Program-made: the position numbers and the translations under genes
Shown here: positions 9,561 to 18,261 of the stretch, in pieces
Layout of the letters: each line of letters starts with the position of its first letter
Numbering within the stretch: position 1 is the stretch's first letter
The notes under the pieces: generated by a model
Told to the model about the DNA's origin: nothing
The model's database searches: none
The model's input: only the letters and a program-made list of their open reading frames with translations
DNA from: a virus
Lineage: Duplodnaviria; Heunggongvirae; Uroviricota; Caudoviricetes
IMG/VR virus record: IMGVR_UViG_2917870735_000001
Coordinates: 1 to 38,265 of that record
DNA: 38,265 nucleotides
Reading direction: 5' to 3' (one strand)

Positions 9561-12500
9561 TCAGGCACTGCATAATCCTCCGTCCCGACGTGATGACTGC
9601 ATAATTGACACAACCCTGCTGTCGATCAGATCCACCAGCCCCCTGGCTGACTGCGTATCTATCTCGCCATTGCTCCCTTTATTCTGAATACTGATGTGAT
9701 ACACGGGAGAATAGACAAATCCCCCGCCACCACTCACATTCCCAATGGCTCTGACCCCTAGGGAGCCGTCCGCTGCCCGAGTCAGTGGCATGATAGCTTC
9801 AGGCCCGGCCTCGCCCATCAGCCCGGCACCTTTCGCAAAAGCAAAATACGTCGGTGTATCCACAATGGTGTTACTGTAAGCACTCAGATTTGCCGATGTG
9901 TAAACACCGCCTTTTGCGTTCGCTACTGCACCGGAAAGCCAGTCGCCAACACTACCAATCCATCCCCCCGCTCCCGACATTGTCCCGGAGAGTGATTTCA
10001 GCCCGTTAACAATGGCCGCGTTCATCAGGATTTTTGAAACTTCCTGAAGGATCGAACTCCCCCAGTTTCTCCAGTCCACAACGTTGCCGGCCAGTGCCTC
10101 AGAAATATTTGAAACCAGACCATCCATAGTGGAAACGACCGCATCTGCCGCTTGTGAAGCATAATCAGTGGCACTGTCTGCCCAGTTCGTCAGCCCCTCT
10201 TTGAGCCCGGCATTCCAGTTACTGCGTAAAGCATCGGCCTTTGCATAATAATCCTGCTGATCGTTGAGACGCTCCTCCAGATATTTTTCATTCAGCGTTT
10301 TTTCCTGTTTCCACAGGGCTTCTTCGATTTCTCCGGTCTGGTACTGTCTCAGCAACTCATTATTTTTCTGCTCAAACTCCTGTCGGATGTTCCACATTTC
10401 CTGAAGCCGCTCACGTATTCGTGTTCCGTCTCCATACCCTAACAACTGAGCCTCATTTGATGCCCTGACACTGGCGTTACTGTCCGCCAGGCTGCTTTCA
10501 TAAGCAGCAATTTGCTCACGAATTTTTTTCTGGTCGATGAGTGCTGCATTCTGTAAAAGGGTTTGTTTCTGCGCTTCTGATAAGGTTAATAATTCGCCCT
10601 GGCTGACCTGGTATTTCATCTTAGCCAGTTCAGTATTCTGTCCTGCCAGTGCTATTTGTTCTTTTTGTTGTTTAATCAGTCTGTTATAAGCATCTTCCGT
10701 TTTTTCTGCTTCCGATTTTCCACCACGTACTTTTGGCTTATTCGCCTGGTTGTTACGCCATGCTTCCAGCGCGTTGTTGATATAAGTTTGCCTTGCCGTC
10801 TGATAGGCATCCCCCACAAAACCGAGATCATCCGCTACATAGCCCAGACGAGTACGCTCACGCGCTTCCCCCTTCATACGGGATAAGGTCAGCTCTCGCT
10901 CAGTGTTATTCAGCGCGTTCTGCTGTTTATCATCCAGAGCAGCCTGTGGCAGCCGTAACGGTACATTCACCAGCCCCTGTCGCTGCTGAAGTAATTCATT
11001 ACCAAGCCCAAGAAGACGATTAAACTCGGTATGTTGGCCATTCATGATCAGTAATGACTGATATGCTTTGTTTTGTTCCGCTGCCTGTTGGCGGATCAGC
11101 ACCACTCGTCGTTCTTCCAGCCCGGCAAGCACATCCTGGATTGACTGGGCTTTTTCCTGCATTCCGGAAAGTCGGGACTGCTCAACAGCCAGCTGACTTG
11201 TTGCTTCTGCAAGCCCTTCTGTGACAGTTTTCACCGACGTCATGTGGTTAATCATAAAACCGTTATCGGTTGTCCAGCCCGGGTTTGCCAGGACATACTG
11301 ATAGCCAGCAATTTTTTCCTGTAAGGATTTAATCTTACTTTTCTGCTCGTCAATTAACCTGTTCTGCTCCTCCAGAGCCTGCCGCGTCTTTTCTTCATTA
11401 TCTGCCGCTTCAGGAAGTGACATTGCAGACGTTTTCTGGCGAATTTCGTCGATTGTTGCGGCATACTGACGCGCTGATTCTCTGGCCTGCTCCTGGTTCT
11501 GATACATTGTGTACCAGGCCGCCGCCCCCAGCATGACAAGTCCAGGCACACCACCAACCAGCCCCAGAGCACCACTTAACAACCGACTACTAACTGACGT
11601 AACGTTATTCAGCGTTGCCTGTGCCGCTGTTCTGGCGGCAATATTACGGGTAAGTGAAGCCTGTGCGGTTGCCAGTTTCGCTTCTGCTGCAGCCTGTTTT
11701 TCTGTACCACGGGCAGCCACAACCGCCTGCTGCGCACGATACAATGCCGCCCGCGCTCTGGCTGTTGCTATCTGTGTCCCTCTGAGCTGTGCCTCAGCAA
11801 GAGCCACTTCGTTTCTGGCAGCAGTGATTAACCCGGCAGTTGCAGAGCCCGCAGAAGACGCCATATTGCCAAAATATCGGGCTACACCAATTGCAACCAG
11901 AGCTCCCGCCGCCGTGGCAACCGTATCAATATTATTCGCAACACCATTCATTATTCCGGTAAGCGTTTTCGTTGCACCGCTGGCATCATTCGCACCACCA
12001 ACCCAGGCCATAAAGGCGTTTTCAACTTTGGTTGCAGAGGATGATACGGTATCAGGCATGGCTGCATATTCATCCCGCAGCGTACCAAGCTGGCTAATCA
12101 GTGCAGGAACAACCTTATCGGCGGTCAGCTTTCCATCATCCGCCATTGCCTTCAGATCTTTACGGGCAACCCCCATTCCTGCAGCCAGAGCACGAATAAC
12201 ACGATCACCGCTTTCATTTACTGAATTAAACTCTTCACCGCGCAGAACCCCTTGCGCCAGTGCCTGGCTGAACTGAGTGATCACCGAGCTGGCTTCCGCA
12301 GAACTGGCTCCGGACAATTTCAATCCTGTAGAAATGGCCTCGGTAACTTTCAGTACTTCCTCAGACCTGTAACCATATTCCCGCATGGAAGAAGCCGAAC
12401 GTGCAAAAAGACTGGCGTTATCAGCAAAAGCAGTACCCGTTCTCTGGCTGATCGCCATTAATTCGCGCTGTGATGCCTGGAAATCATCGCTGGACTGCGT

Positions 12501-12803
12501 GGCCTGCTTCAGACGGGCATTTACTGAGCTCCATTCATCCGCAAGAGATATAAGATGTCCAGTGGCAAAAGCACCGGCAAATGCGCCAGCCATATTCATT
12601 GCCGAAGACTTCGCCGTATTTATCTGCTCGGTCACTTCTGCCAGTGCTCGCCGCATATCACGGGATGCAGCTGCAGACTGTCGACCTCCGTTCTGCATGG
12701 TACGGTAGTACTCCTGTCCCATACGTGAAGCTCGCGCAATTTCTGACTGGAATGACTGCGAATTTGCCGAGATTTTTATAATCAGTTCGCGTAGTGACGC
12801 CAT
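9561..12803 (-). CDS. tail tape measure protein
   Basis: 1080-aa ORF with ATG at 12803 and GGAGAA RBS; highly alpha-helical Ala/Gln/Glu-rich composition; positioned between the G/G-T chaperone pair and M. Longer than, and not obviously colinear with, lambda H. Confidence 0.85.
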   Translation of the reverse strand: MASLRELIIKISANSQSFQSEIARASRMGQEYYRTMQNGGRQSAAASRDMRRALAEVTEQINTAKSSAMNMAGAFAGAFATGHLISLADEWSSVNARLKQATQSSDDFQASQRELMAISQRTGTAFADNASLFARSASSMREYGYRSEEVLKVTEAISTGLKLSGASSAEASSVITQFSQALAQGVLRGEEFNSVNESGDRVIRALAAGMGVARKDLKAMADDGKLTADKVVPALISQLGTLRDEYAAMPDTVSSSATKVENAFMAWVGGANDASGATKTLTGIMNGVANNIDTVATAAGALVAIGVARYFGNMASSAGSATAGLITAARNEVALAEAQLRGTQIATARARAALYRAQQAVVAARGTEKQAAAEAKLATAQASLTRNIAARTAAQATLNNVTSVSSRLLSGALGLVGGVPGLVMLGAAAWYTMYQNQEQARESARQYAATIDEIRQKTSAMSLPEAADNEEKTRQALEEQNRLIDEQKSKIKSLQEKIAGYQYVLANPGWTTDNGFMINHMTSVKTVTEGLAEATSQLAVEQSRLSGMQEKAQSIQDVLAGLEERRVVLIRQQAAEQNKAYQSLLIMNGQHTEFNRLLGLGNELLQQRQGLVNVPLRLPQAALDDKQQNALNNTERELTLSRMKGEARERTRLGYVADDLGFVGDAYQTARQTYINNALEAWRNNQANKPKVRGGKSEAEKTEDAYNRLIKQQKEQIALAGQNTELAKMKYQVSQGELLTLSEAQKQTLLQNAALIDQKKIREQIAAYESSLADSNASVRASNEAQLLGYGDGTRIRERLQEMWNIRQEFEQKNNELLRQYQTGEIEEALWKQEKTLNEKYLEERLNDQQDYYAKADALRSNWNAGLKEGLTNWADSATDYASQAADAVVSTMDGLVSNISEALAGNVVDWRNWGSSILQEVSKILMNAAIVNGLKSLSGTMSGAGGWIGSVGDWLSGAVANAKGGVYTSANLSAYSNTIVDTPTYFAFAKGAGLMGEAGPEAIMPLTRAADGSLGVRAIGNVSGGGGFVYSPVYHISIQNKGSNGEIDTQSARGLVDLIDSRVVSIMQSSRRDGGLCSA

Positions 12804-12818
12804 TCTCGTTCTCCAGGC

Positions 12819-12845
12819 AAAAAAAAACCGCCGAAGCGGTTTTTG
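12819..12845 (-). terminator. rho-independent (potentially bidirectional) terminator between the moron ORF and the tape measure gene
   Basis: Stem accgc / gcggt with loop cgaa, flanked by a 9-A run (12819..12827) and a T run (12840..12844); on the minus strand the stem is followed by nine T. Confidence 0.7.
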
Positions 12846-12848
12846 CTT

Positions 12849-13190
12849 TTAAAGAAGCCCAGCCTTACGCCTTGCTTCTTCAAGATATTCATCATCCGTT
12901 TTTTGCGAAACGGTACTATCAGGGTTATGTGTTAAATCACTACCGCAATGCTTACACTTAATGGCTTCTTCTTTGATCAACTCCGCACAGTAAGGGCATT
13001 TTTTCATGCCATTGCTCACCATTTGTTGCTCATGCGTTTTTTCATCTTTTTGGATTACAAGTGAATGAACCAGGGCAACGATAAAGAGTAAGGCTCCGTA
13101 TATCCACCATCCCCAAAATGAACGCCCTTTACTTTGCGCGATAATAGCCGGAATTAACCCCAGGACTAGCGCAATAAGAATAACTTCCAT
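12849..13190 (-). CDS. small membrane protein with C-terminal zinc-ribbon (CPYC..CKHC); moron
   Basis: ATG at 13190 with strong AAGGAGA RBS; two predicted TM helices then CPYCAELIKEEAIKCKHCGSDL; AT-rich relative to flanking tail genes; own terminator downstream; inserted between the G-T chaperone and the tape measure gene. Confidence 0.6.
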   Translation of the reverse strand: MEVILIALVLGLIPAIIAQSKGRSFWGWWIYGALLFIVALVHSLVIQKDEKTHEQQMVSNGMKKCPYCAELIKEEAIKCKHCGSDLTHNPDSTVSQKTDDEYLEEARRKAGLL

Positions 13191-13248
13191 CAATATCTCC
13201 TTATTTACTTAATAAAAATCGGAATCATAATCCAGTAAAGTAAGAAGA

Positions 13249-13560
13249 TCATTGTGTCGCTGCAAATAATGCATTTTCAAACGCTGTAAACGGATCTTTA
13301 ATATTATTTGCAGGAACGACCTCCCACTGAAGAATCGCTTCATTCAGTGGAACTTTGACACCCTGCGCCCCGTAAACTGCAGAAACTATCTGGGCAGCCC
13401 GGATATCAGCCCGCTCGTCACCCAGCGGGCTGATCCTGTCAAATTCTGCCCACATCATGATTTCCGATGCAGACATTTCCCGGCGTAACTCTGACAATGT
13501 GCGCCCCATCCTGAGCGCCAGCATCATCAGAAAACGAATACCCGGAAGTGCTACTTTTTT
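13249..13560 (-). CDS. T-like extension of tail assembly chaperone (expressed as G-T fusion by -1 frameshift)
   Basis: ORF in the -1 frame relative to G, open from the slippery site through to 13249; the T-frame stop TAA at 13563..13561 lies just upstream of the slip site. Confidence 0.6.
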   Translation of the reverse strand, partial: KKVALPGIRFLMMLALRMGRTLSELRREMSASEIMMWAEFDRISPLGDERADIRAAQIVSAVYGAQGVKVPLNEAILQWEVVPANNIKDPFTAFENALFAATQ

Positions 13561-13931
13561 TTAATAACTTCAGCATCAGTGATCAGTTCCAGTGACTGAC
13601 GAAGCAGTCGCGCATGTACCGGACCATATACTGTAAGTACCTGCTCCCGATCATCCGCTGAAAACACGGGTTGCATCCCGGTATCACACAGAACATCGAT
13701 GAACAGTTCAACATCCGCTTCCAGATTTCGGCGGGCACGCTCCGCAACTGATAACGGTGTATCATCATCTCCGGTTTTAACGATCTCCTGCCAACGTAAC
13801 CAGGCTTCTGCAGAGGGTTCCCGTAATACAACCGTTGTACCTTCCCACTCAGGAACATCAACTGTTTTGTGGCGAAAACCAGACATCGTCGCCAGTGCCA
13901 GATTGCGGATATTTTTAGACATAGATTTCAT
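13551..13931 (-). CDS. tail assembly chaperone (G-like)
   Basis: 126-aa acidic protein immediately downstream of the major tail gene, ending in KKK-stop at the slippery site; conserved synteny major tail - G - G-T - tape measure. Confidence 0.7.
   Translation of the reverse strand: MKSMSKNIRNLALATMSGFRHKTVDVPEWEGTTVVLREPSAEAWLRWQEIVKTGDDDTPLSVAERARRNLEADVELFIDVLCDTGMQPVFSADDREQVLTVYGPVHARLLRQSLELITDAEVIKKK
13554..13560 (-). other. programmed -1 ribosomal frameshift slippery heptamer A AAA AAG
   Basis: Minus-strand sequence GAA GTT ATT AAA AAA AAG TAG at the 3' end of G; the heptamer A-AAA-AAG is a classic -1 slippery site and the -1 frame continues ..KKVALPGYSFLMMLALR.. without stops. Confidence 0.7.
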
Positions 13932-13936
13932 CCTCC

Positions 13937-14641
13937 TTAACTGACAGTTACGGTGCAGGAAGTGGAGGTCACCTTATTAACCGGGCTTGCTGAATCAGAA
14001 ACCTCACAGGTATACGCACCGGCATCTCCGGATGTCACAGAGGCCTTGTTGAAAGTTGCCGATGTCTGCCCGGAAACTGGAGAGCTGCCTTTCTTCCAGA
14101 CATATGAATAAGGAGGCACACCACCTGATGCCTCAACAGACATATTCAGCGTTTCACTGGCAGAAACCTGTAGTGTACTTTTCAAATCAGAGAGGAGTTT
14201 CAAAGGTTCAGTGGTCAGAGAGGGCTTTCCTTTCAGGCGCAGGGAAAATGTGGCAGCAACAACACCGTTGGTTCCCACAGACCAGGTATGCTGGCGAACT
14301 TCTGCCATAAAGGTAAATCCATTTCCTGACGGGAAAATAACTTTGAAACCGTATGTGGTGTCGTTGTCATAAGCACTACGCAACGCGTTCTGGGCAGCGT
14401 TGAGATAAAAGTTTCCTGACATGGAAATCTCTGAAGCAGCCCCAAGACCGTTGATATTCTCCTGCTCGGTAGAACACAGCGTAGTGACATCAATATCCTG
14501 TTTCTGCCCGGCGGTAAACTGAACCTCTTTAATCGTACAGCTCAGTTCAAGAAAACTGGCAGAACTCAGCGTTTCTGCCGTTACCGGTGCAGACGAGATC
14601 ATGACTTTGGTCTGCTGAGAACGTTCAAAATTAGAGGACAT
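13937..14641 (-). CDS. major tail protein with C-terminal Ig-like domain
   Basis: ATG at 14641 with AGGAGA RBS (the longer ORF to 14692 overlaps a terminator hairpin); C-terminal ..SGGVPPYSYVWKKGSSPVSGQTSATFNKASVTSGDAGAYTCEVSD.. is an Ig-like (Big_2-type) pattern common on major tail proteins. Confidence 0.75.
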   Translation of the reverse strand: MSSNFERSQQTKVMISSAPVTAETLSSASFLELSCTIKEVQFTAGQKQDIDVTTLCSTEQENINGLGAASEISMSGNFYLNAAQNALRSAYDNDTTYGFKVIFPSGNGFTFMAEVRQHTWSVGTNGVVAATFSLRLKGKPSLTTEPLKLLSDLKSTLQVSASETLNMSVEASGGVPPYSYVWKKGSSPVSGQTSATFNKASVTSGDAGAYTCEVSDSASPVNKVTSTSCTVTVS

Positions 14642-14653
14642 ACTCGTCTCCTG

Positions 14654-14680
14654 AAAATAAAAAACCCGCCAGCGGCGGGT
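14654..14680 (-). terminator. rho-independent terminator-like hairpin upstream of the major tail gene
   Basis: 7-bp GC stem acccgcc / ggcgggt with a 3-nt loop; on the minus strand followed by TTTTTTATTTT. Confidence 0.55.
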
Positions 14681-14700
14681 GGGTAAAATCATTAACGACC

Positions 14701-15045
14701 TCAGGCAATTACCTGAAATTCAAGCGTAGCTCTGCTCAGACGGGAATCAGGATCATAACCCTGAGTTTTAGAAATAACGGATGGTGCCAGTTCCCTTACC
14801 GCATCAAGCGCCTGCTCACGGATATCATCTGCGTCATCAGGAGCCGTTGCCCAGATATCAATCTGCACTGTGATTCTGGATTCAGCCTGACCATCAAGCA
14901 CATCAGACGCGATGTCAGACACCACTGAAAACACCAGCCATGGTGGAAATACCGCAGGCTTTCCCTCCGTCAGCGGGACCACATAAGGATAAACCTGCCC
15001 TCCGGCCAGTTTGGACAGAAGAGCATACAGCGTGGCTTCTCTCAT
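14701..15045 (-). CDS. tail completion/terminator-like protein
   Basis: 114 aa; ATG overlaps upstream stop (ATGA); position between head-tail joining genes and major tail gene. Function assigned by synteny only. Confidence 0.45.
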   Translation of the reverse strand: MREATLYALLSKLAGGQVYPYVVPLTEGKPAVFPPWLVFSVVSDIASDVLDGQAESRITVQIDIWATAPDDADDIREQALDAVRELAPSVISKTQGYDPDSRLSRATLEFQVIA

Positions 15046-15491
15046 TTACTCAGCACCCCATCAATAGCCTGATTCATACGCTTCATGGCAACCTGTGCTG
15101 CCAGCTCCTCTGTCATATCAAAGGCCGGGCGAATGAACGGATGGGCAGGCATATTGATAGTCCCCAGCTCCACGAAACGCCAGTAAAACGCGTTTCGCGG
15201 ATCGCTGGCTTTCATGCTGTTATCACTGTTTCCGGTTCGCAGATTCCGCCCACGAATGTGGACACCAGAGATAATTTCACCACGACGCCGTGAACGCTGA
15301 GTCAGAATAACCACGTTTTTCTTCAGTTTTCCGGTTCGCTCTGGCGCATGGTCAATAACCGCCTCCCGGATAACCTCTGCACCGGCACGGGAGGCATCGC
15401 GAAGCACCTTATTACTCTCTGCTCTGCTGAGAAGTTCCAGATCTCTTGCAATATCCGCCAGGCCAGAAAAATCCAGACTAAAATCTGTCAC
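15042..15491 (-). CDS. HK97 gp10-like head-tail joining protein
   Basis: Synteny and size; likely GTG start at 15491 with AGAGGTGG RBS, overlapping the upstream stop (GTGA); the ORF track's TTG start at 15512 has no RBS. Confidence 0.55.
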   Translation of the reverse strand: MTDFSLDFSGLADIARDLELLSRAESNKVLRDASRAGAEVIREAVIDHAPERTGKLKKNVVILTQRSRRRGEIISGVHIRGRNLRTGNSDNSMKASDPRNAFYWRFVELGTINMPAHPFIRPAFDMTEELAAQVAMKRMNQAIDGVLSK

Positions 15492-15826
15492 ATTCCACCT
15501 CTCTGGCTGCAAAGTATTTCAAGCCTGGAGGATCGTGCGTCCGGGATCGGCGGCCCGTCAATATTCAGAATGGCTCCCTTGAATGCCCCGGTCAGCACTT
15601 TCAGACGTGAGGCGGCCGTCACATCGCGCCGAAATCGCATCCAGACTCTTACTGTTGTCTGCGCGGTTTCCGCACCGCCCGATATACGTTCCCGCCCACT
15701 GATCCCCTTAACCTCTGCCCATACCGTAGCCCCCTCTTTCAGGGTTTCCTCCGGGTGACCGGAAGGGGTACGGGAGGTCGTAATATTCAGAATAACCACG
15801 CGATCACGTAATCTTCCTGCCTGCAT
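15488..15826 (-). CDS. head-tail adaptor / head closure protein
   Basis: 112 aa, ATG at 15826 with strong AGGAGGA RBS; synteny downstream of capsid gene. Confidence 0.55.
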   Translation of the reverse strand: MQAGRLRDRVVILNITTSRTPSGHPEETLKEGATVWAEVKGISGRERISGGAETAQTTVRVWMRFRRDVTAASRLKVLTGAFKGAILNIDGPPIPDARSSRLEILCSQRGGM

Positions 15827-15835
15827 GAAATCCTC

Positions 15836-16141
15836 CTATGTTCCGGGATGAAACCGATACATTCGGAGTCCGGTATAGAAAAAATCAGGTACAGCATCCT
15901 GCATTTCCCTGTTCTCGTACCAGTAGCCAACCAGTTGCATAAGACGCAACTTTATCAGCGGTGTTATTACAAGCCCGGTCGTATCCTGATCAGGAACAGT
16001 TTCATCGTGAAGTGTCCGGTTTAAAAACTTTTCAGCCTCTTCTCTGGCTGCTGCCAGATACATCATAAGAAGTGCATTCTCCTGTTCATTGTCATCATCA
16101 ATCCGGCACTGAACACGAAGCTCTTCCAGAGTAGGCATCAT
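15836..16141 (-). CDS. head-tail connector (gp6-like) protein
   Basis: 101 aa acidic protein; synteny directly downstream of capsid gene. Confidence 0.55.
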   Translation of the reverse strand: MMPTLEELRVQCRIDDDNEQENALLMMYLAAAREEAEKFLNRTLHDETVPDQDTTGLVITPLIKLRLMQLVGYWYENREMQDAVPDFFYTGLRMYRFHPGT

Positions 16142-16152
16142 TTGGGCTACCT

Positions 16153-16341
16153 CTATGAATGCTGTTTTTTAGCCTTATCAGATACCCGTGCAACAGGTGT
16201 TCTCTTATCAGAAACAATCCCTGCTGCAGTGGCAATTTCACGTACCCGTTCGGGTAATTCTTTATCTTCATACTCACCAGCACGAATGATCTCAACGCGC
16301 ATACCGTCCGGTGACCATTTCAGATCTTGTTTCAGGATCAT
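16153..16341 (-). CDS. small hypothetical protein
   Basis: Internal ATG at 16341 with AGGTGA RBS gives about 62 aa; the longer version would overlap the capsid gene 3' end. Confidence 0.35.
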   Translation of the reverse strand: MILKQDLKWSPDGMRVEIIRAGEYEDKELPERVREIATAAGIVSDKRTPVARVSDKAKKQHS

Positions 16342-16390
16342 GATTCTTTCACCTGTCAGAACAGTGGCGCAATTCAGCGCCCCTGAGTGA

Positions 16391-17596
16391 TTACGCCGCT
16401 GCAATCTTCAGCAGTTTGATGGCCTGCGAATCGACCAGCATGCCGCCGGTGCGCTTGGTGGTATAAAAACCGACAAACGGTTTATTGGTGTACGGATCAC
16501 GCAGAATGCGGGTACCGATACGGTCAACGATGGTGTAACCCCGTTTGAAGTTACCAAATGCAATAGCTTTCGCATCAGCGGCGATATCCGGCATCTGTTC
16601 GTTTTCAGCGATACCGTAACCCGCCAGAGAGGACGGTTGCCCCAGCTCCAGCCCCGGACGCCACAGATAGTTACCCTCGGTGTCTTTCAGCAGACGGATG
16701 GCAAACAGGCTGTTGTTGTTCATCATGAACTTCGCGCCAGTGCGGTGTGCCTTACGCAGCGTGTAAATCAGTTTGATAATGGCGTCTGCGGTCACCGTCG
16801 TCGCTTCACCGGATACAATATGCTGAAGTTTACCGAACGCACGAACCTTATCGGTTTCATCGGTGGATTCATACGCCAGGAACCCTTTTGGCTTCTTGGT
16901 ACCATCACCGGTGGTAAAGGCAATTTCTTCCTGTTCGGCAAATTCGGTCGCCAGCTCGCTGTTGATCCAGACCTCCACGTTGAAGAAGGCATCATCCAGC
17001 ATTTTCTGAGTGGCCTGCGGGTTACCGTAGATTTCCCCCATGAAAGGTTCAATCAGTCCCAGTTTTGAGGTGGCAGTCTGGGAGCGCGCGTCAGTCTCGC
17101 CCACCCATCCGGAAGCCGTGCCGCCCAGATTCACCAGTTTTTTGTAGTCGGAACCGCCAACAGTGATCACCGTGGCTTCCTGGCGCATCACCACTTCATC
17201 TTTCAGCAGGGTGAGAATGTTGCGATCCAGTGCTTCCGGCACGGCATAGCCACCGTCTTCATCGGTGCCCACCTGCAATGCCTTGCGCTCCAGATCGCGC
17301 AGACCGTCTTCACGGCCTTTACGCAGAAAGCCCACAAACGCCTCTTTGTGCTCTGTGGCCAGTTTATTTTGCGCACCACCTGCCGGACGTTTCAGCTCAA
17401 GCAGCTCTTTTTCAAGGTCGCTTTTGAGATTTTCCAGCTCGCTGAGTTTCCCGTTCAGGGTTTCCACCTGCCCGGCAAGTTTGCCTTTTTCCTGCTCAAT
17501 CGCATCCACGCGCTTGTCGTTCTTTGCCCTGAAGTCGTCAAACTTCTGCTGCAGCTCCTGCGCGACCTGTTCCACATCTTTAATATCAACCGCCAT
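16391..17596 (-). CDS. major capsid protein, HK97 fold with N-terminal delta (scaffold) domain
   Basis: 401 aa; N-terminal about 100 aa strongly coiled-coil (..ELQQKFDDFRAKNDKRVDAIEQEKGKLAGQVETLNGKLSELENLKSDLEKELLELK..) followed by capsid body; sits after the prohead protease as in HK97-type modules. Confidence 0.9.
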   Translation of the reverse strand: MAVDIKDVEQVAQELQQKFDDFRAKNDKRVDAIEQEKGKLAGQVETLNGKLSELENLKSDLEKELLELKRPAGGAQNKLATEHKEAFVGFLRKGREDGLRDLERKALQVGTDEDGGYAVPEALDRNILTLLKDEVVMRQEATVITVGGSDYKKLVNLGGTASGWVGETDARSQTATSKLGLIEPFMGEIYGNPQATQKMLDDAFFNVEVWINSELATEFAEQEEIAFTTGDGTKKPKGFLAYESTDETDKVRAFGKLQHIVSGEATTVTADAIIKLIYTLRKAHRTGAKFMMNNNSLFAIRLLKDTEGNYLWRPGLELGQPSSLAGYGIAENEQMPDIAADAKAIAFGNFKRGYTIVDRIGTRILRDPYTNKPFVGFYTTKRTGGMLVDSQAIKLLKIAAA

Positions 17597-17610
17597 CGTA
17601 TTTCTCCTGA

Positions 17611-18261
17611 TTAGAAGTTCAGATTTTTCAGTGCATTCAGTGCAGAGCCCACATCCTCAGCGTCGCGCAGGGACAGTGCGCCATAGCCCCCGGCCATGAA
17701 TGCTTTGGCCTGGGTACGGGAGAGTCCGACATCACGCAGGACTCTTTCGATTTTTTTCTGTTCGGGGATTTCCCCGCGGGCCAGTGCGTTCTTGACGTCG
17801 CTGATCCGCGCCTCGTCGTTAGACGGGAACGTCACCAGGCTGACTTCCCAGAGGTCGATTTCTTTCAGCAGAAAGGCTTCTTTGCTCCGGTCGTATTCCC
17901 AGTCTTTCAGGACGTACCCAATAGAAAGGCCGGTTAACGAACCAGCCTTCATGTGTGCATGTGCGCGTTTTGCGAGGGGATCATCATCAATAAGCAACCG
18001 TCCCCTGACGTAAAGCCCGACATCGTCTTCCTTCATTTCGGTGTAAACACCGATGGGTTCATCCATGCGGTGCTGCCAGAGCAGCGCAGGTAACGCTTTT
18101 CTGTCACTCCACGCCCGCAGGGAAGCAGCAAATGCCCCGGACATCACCACATCATCGTGGCTGTCCTTTACACCAAAGACGGAGCCATACCCTTCAAACT
18201 CACCGGAGTCACTGACAGATTTCAGACTCAGCGGTACATCAAGACGTTGTTTCGTCTGCAT
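17611..18261 (-). CDS. prohead protease (HK97 family, peptidase U35-like)
   Basis: Position between portal and capsid; ATG at 18261 with AAGGA RBS, overlapping portal 3' end; alternative ATG at 18297 lacks an RBS. Confidence 0.75.
   Translation of the reverse strand: MQTKQRLDVPLSLKSVSDSGEFEGYGSVFGVKDSHDDVVMSGAFAASLRAWSDRKALPALLWQHRMDEPIGVYTEMKEDDVGLYVRGRLLIDDDPLAKRAHAHMKAGSLTGLSIGYVLKDWEYDRSKEAFLLKEIDLWEVSLVTFPSNDEARISDVKNALARGEIPEQKKIERVLRDVGLSRTQAKAFMAGGYGALSLRDAEDVGSALNALKNLNF

Noticed and set aside
11509-12276. 255-aa plus-strand ORF antisense to the tape measure gene
   Set aside because: Antisense artefact of the Ala-rich tape measure coding sequence; no RBS, low-complexity product.
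13583-13861. 92-aa alternative-frame ORF inside the G-like chaperone gene
   Set aside because: Overlaps the G frame that ends at the slippery site and fits the conserved G/G-T arrangement; no independent RBS.
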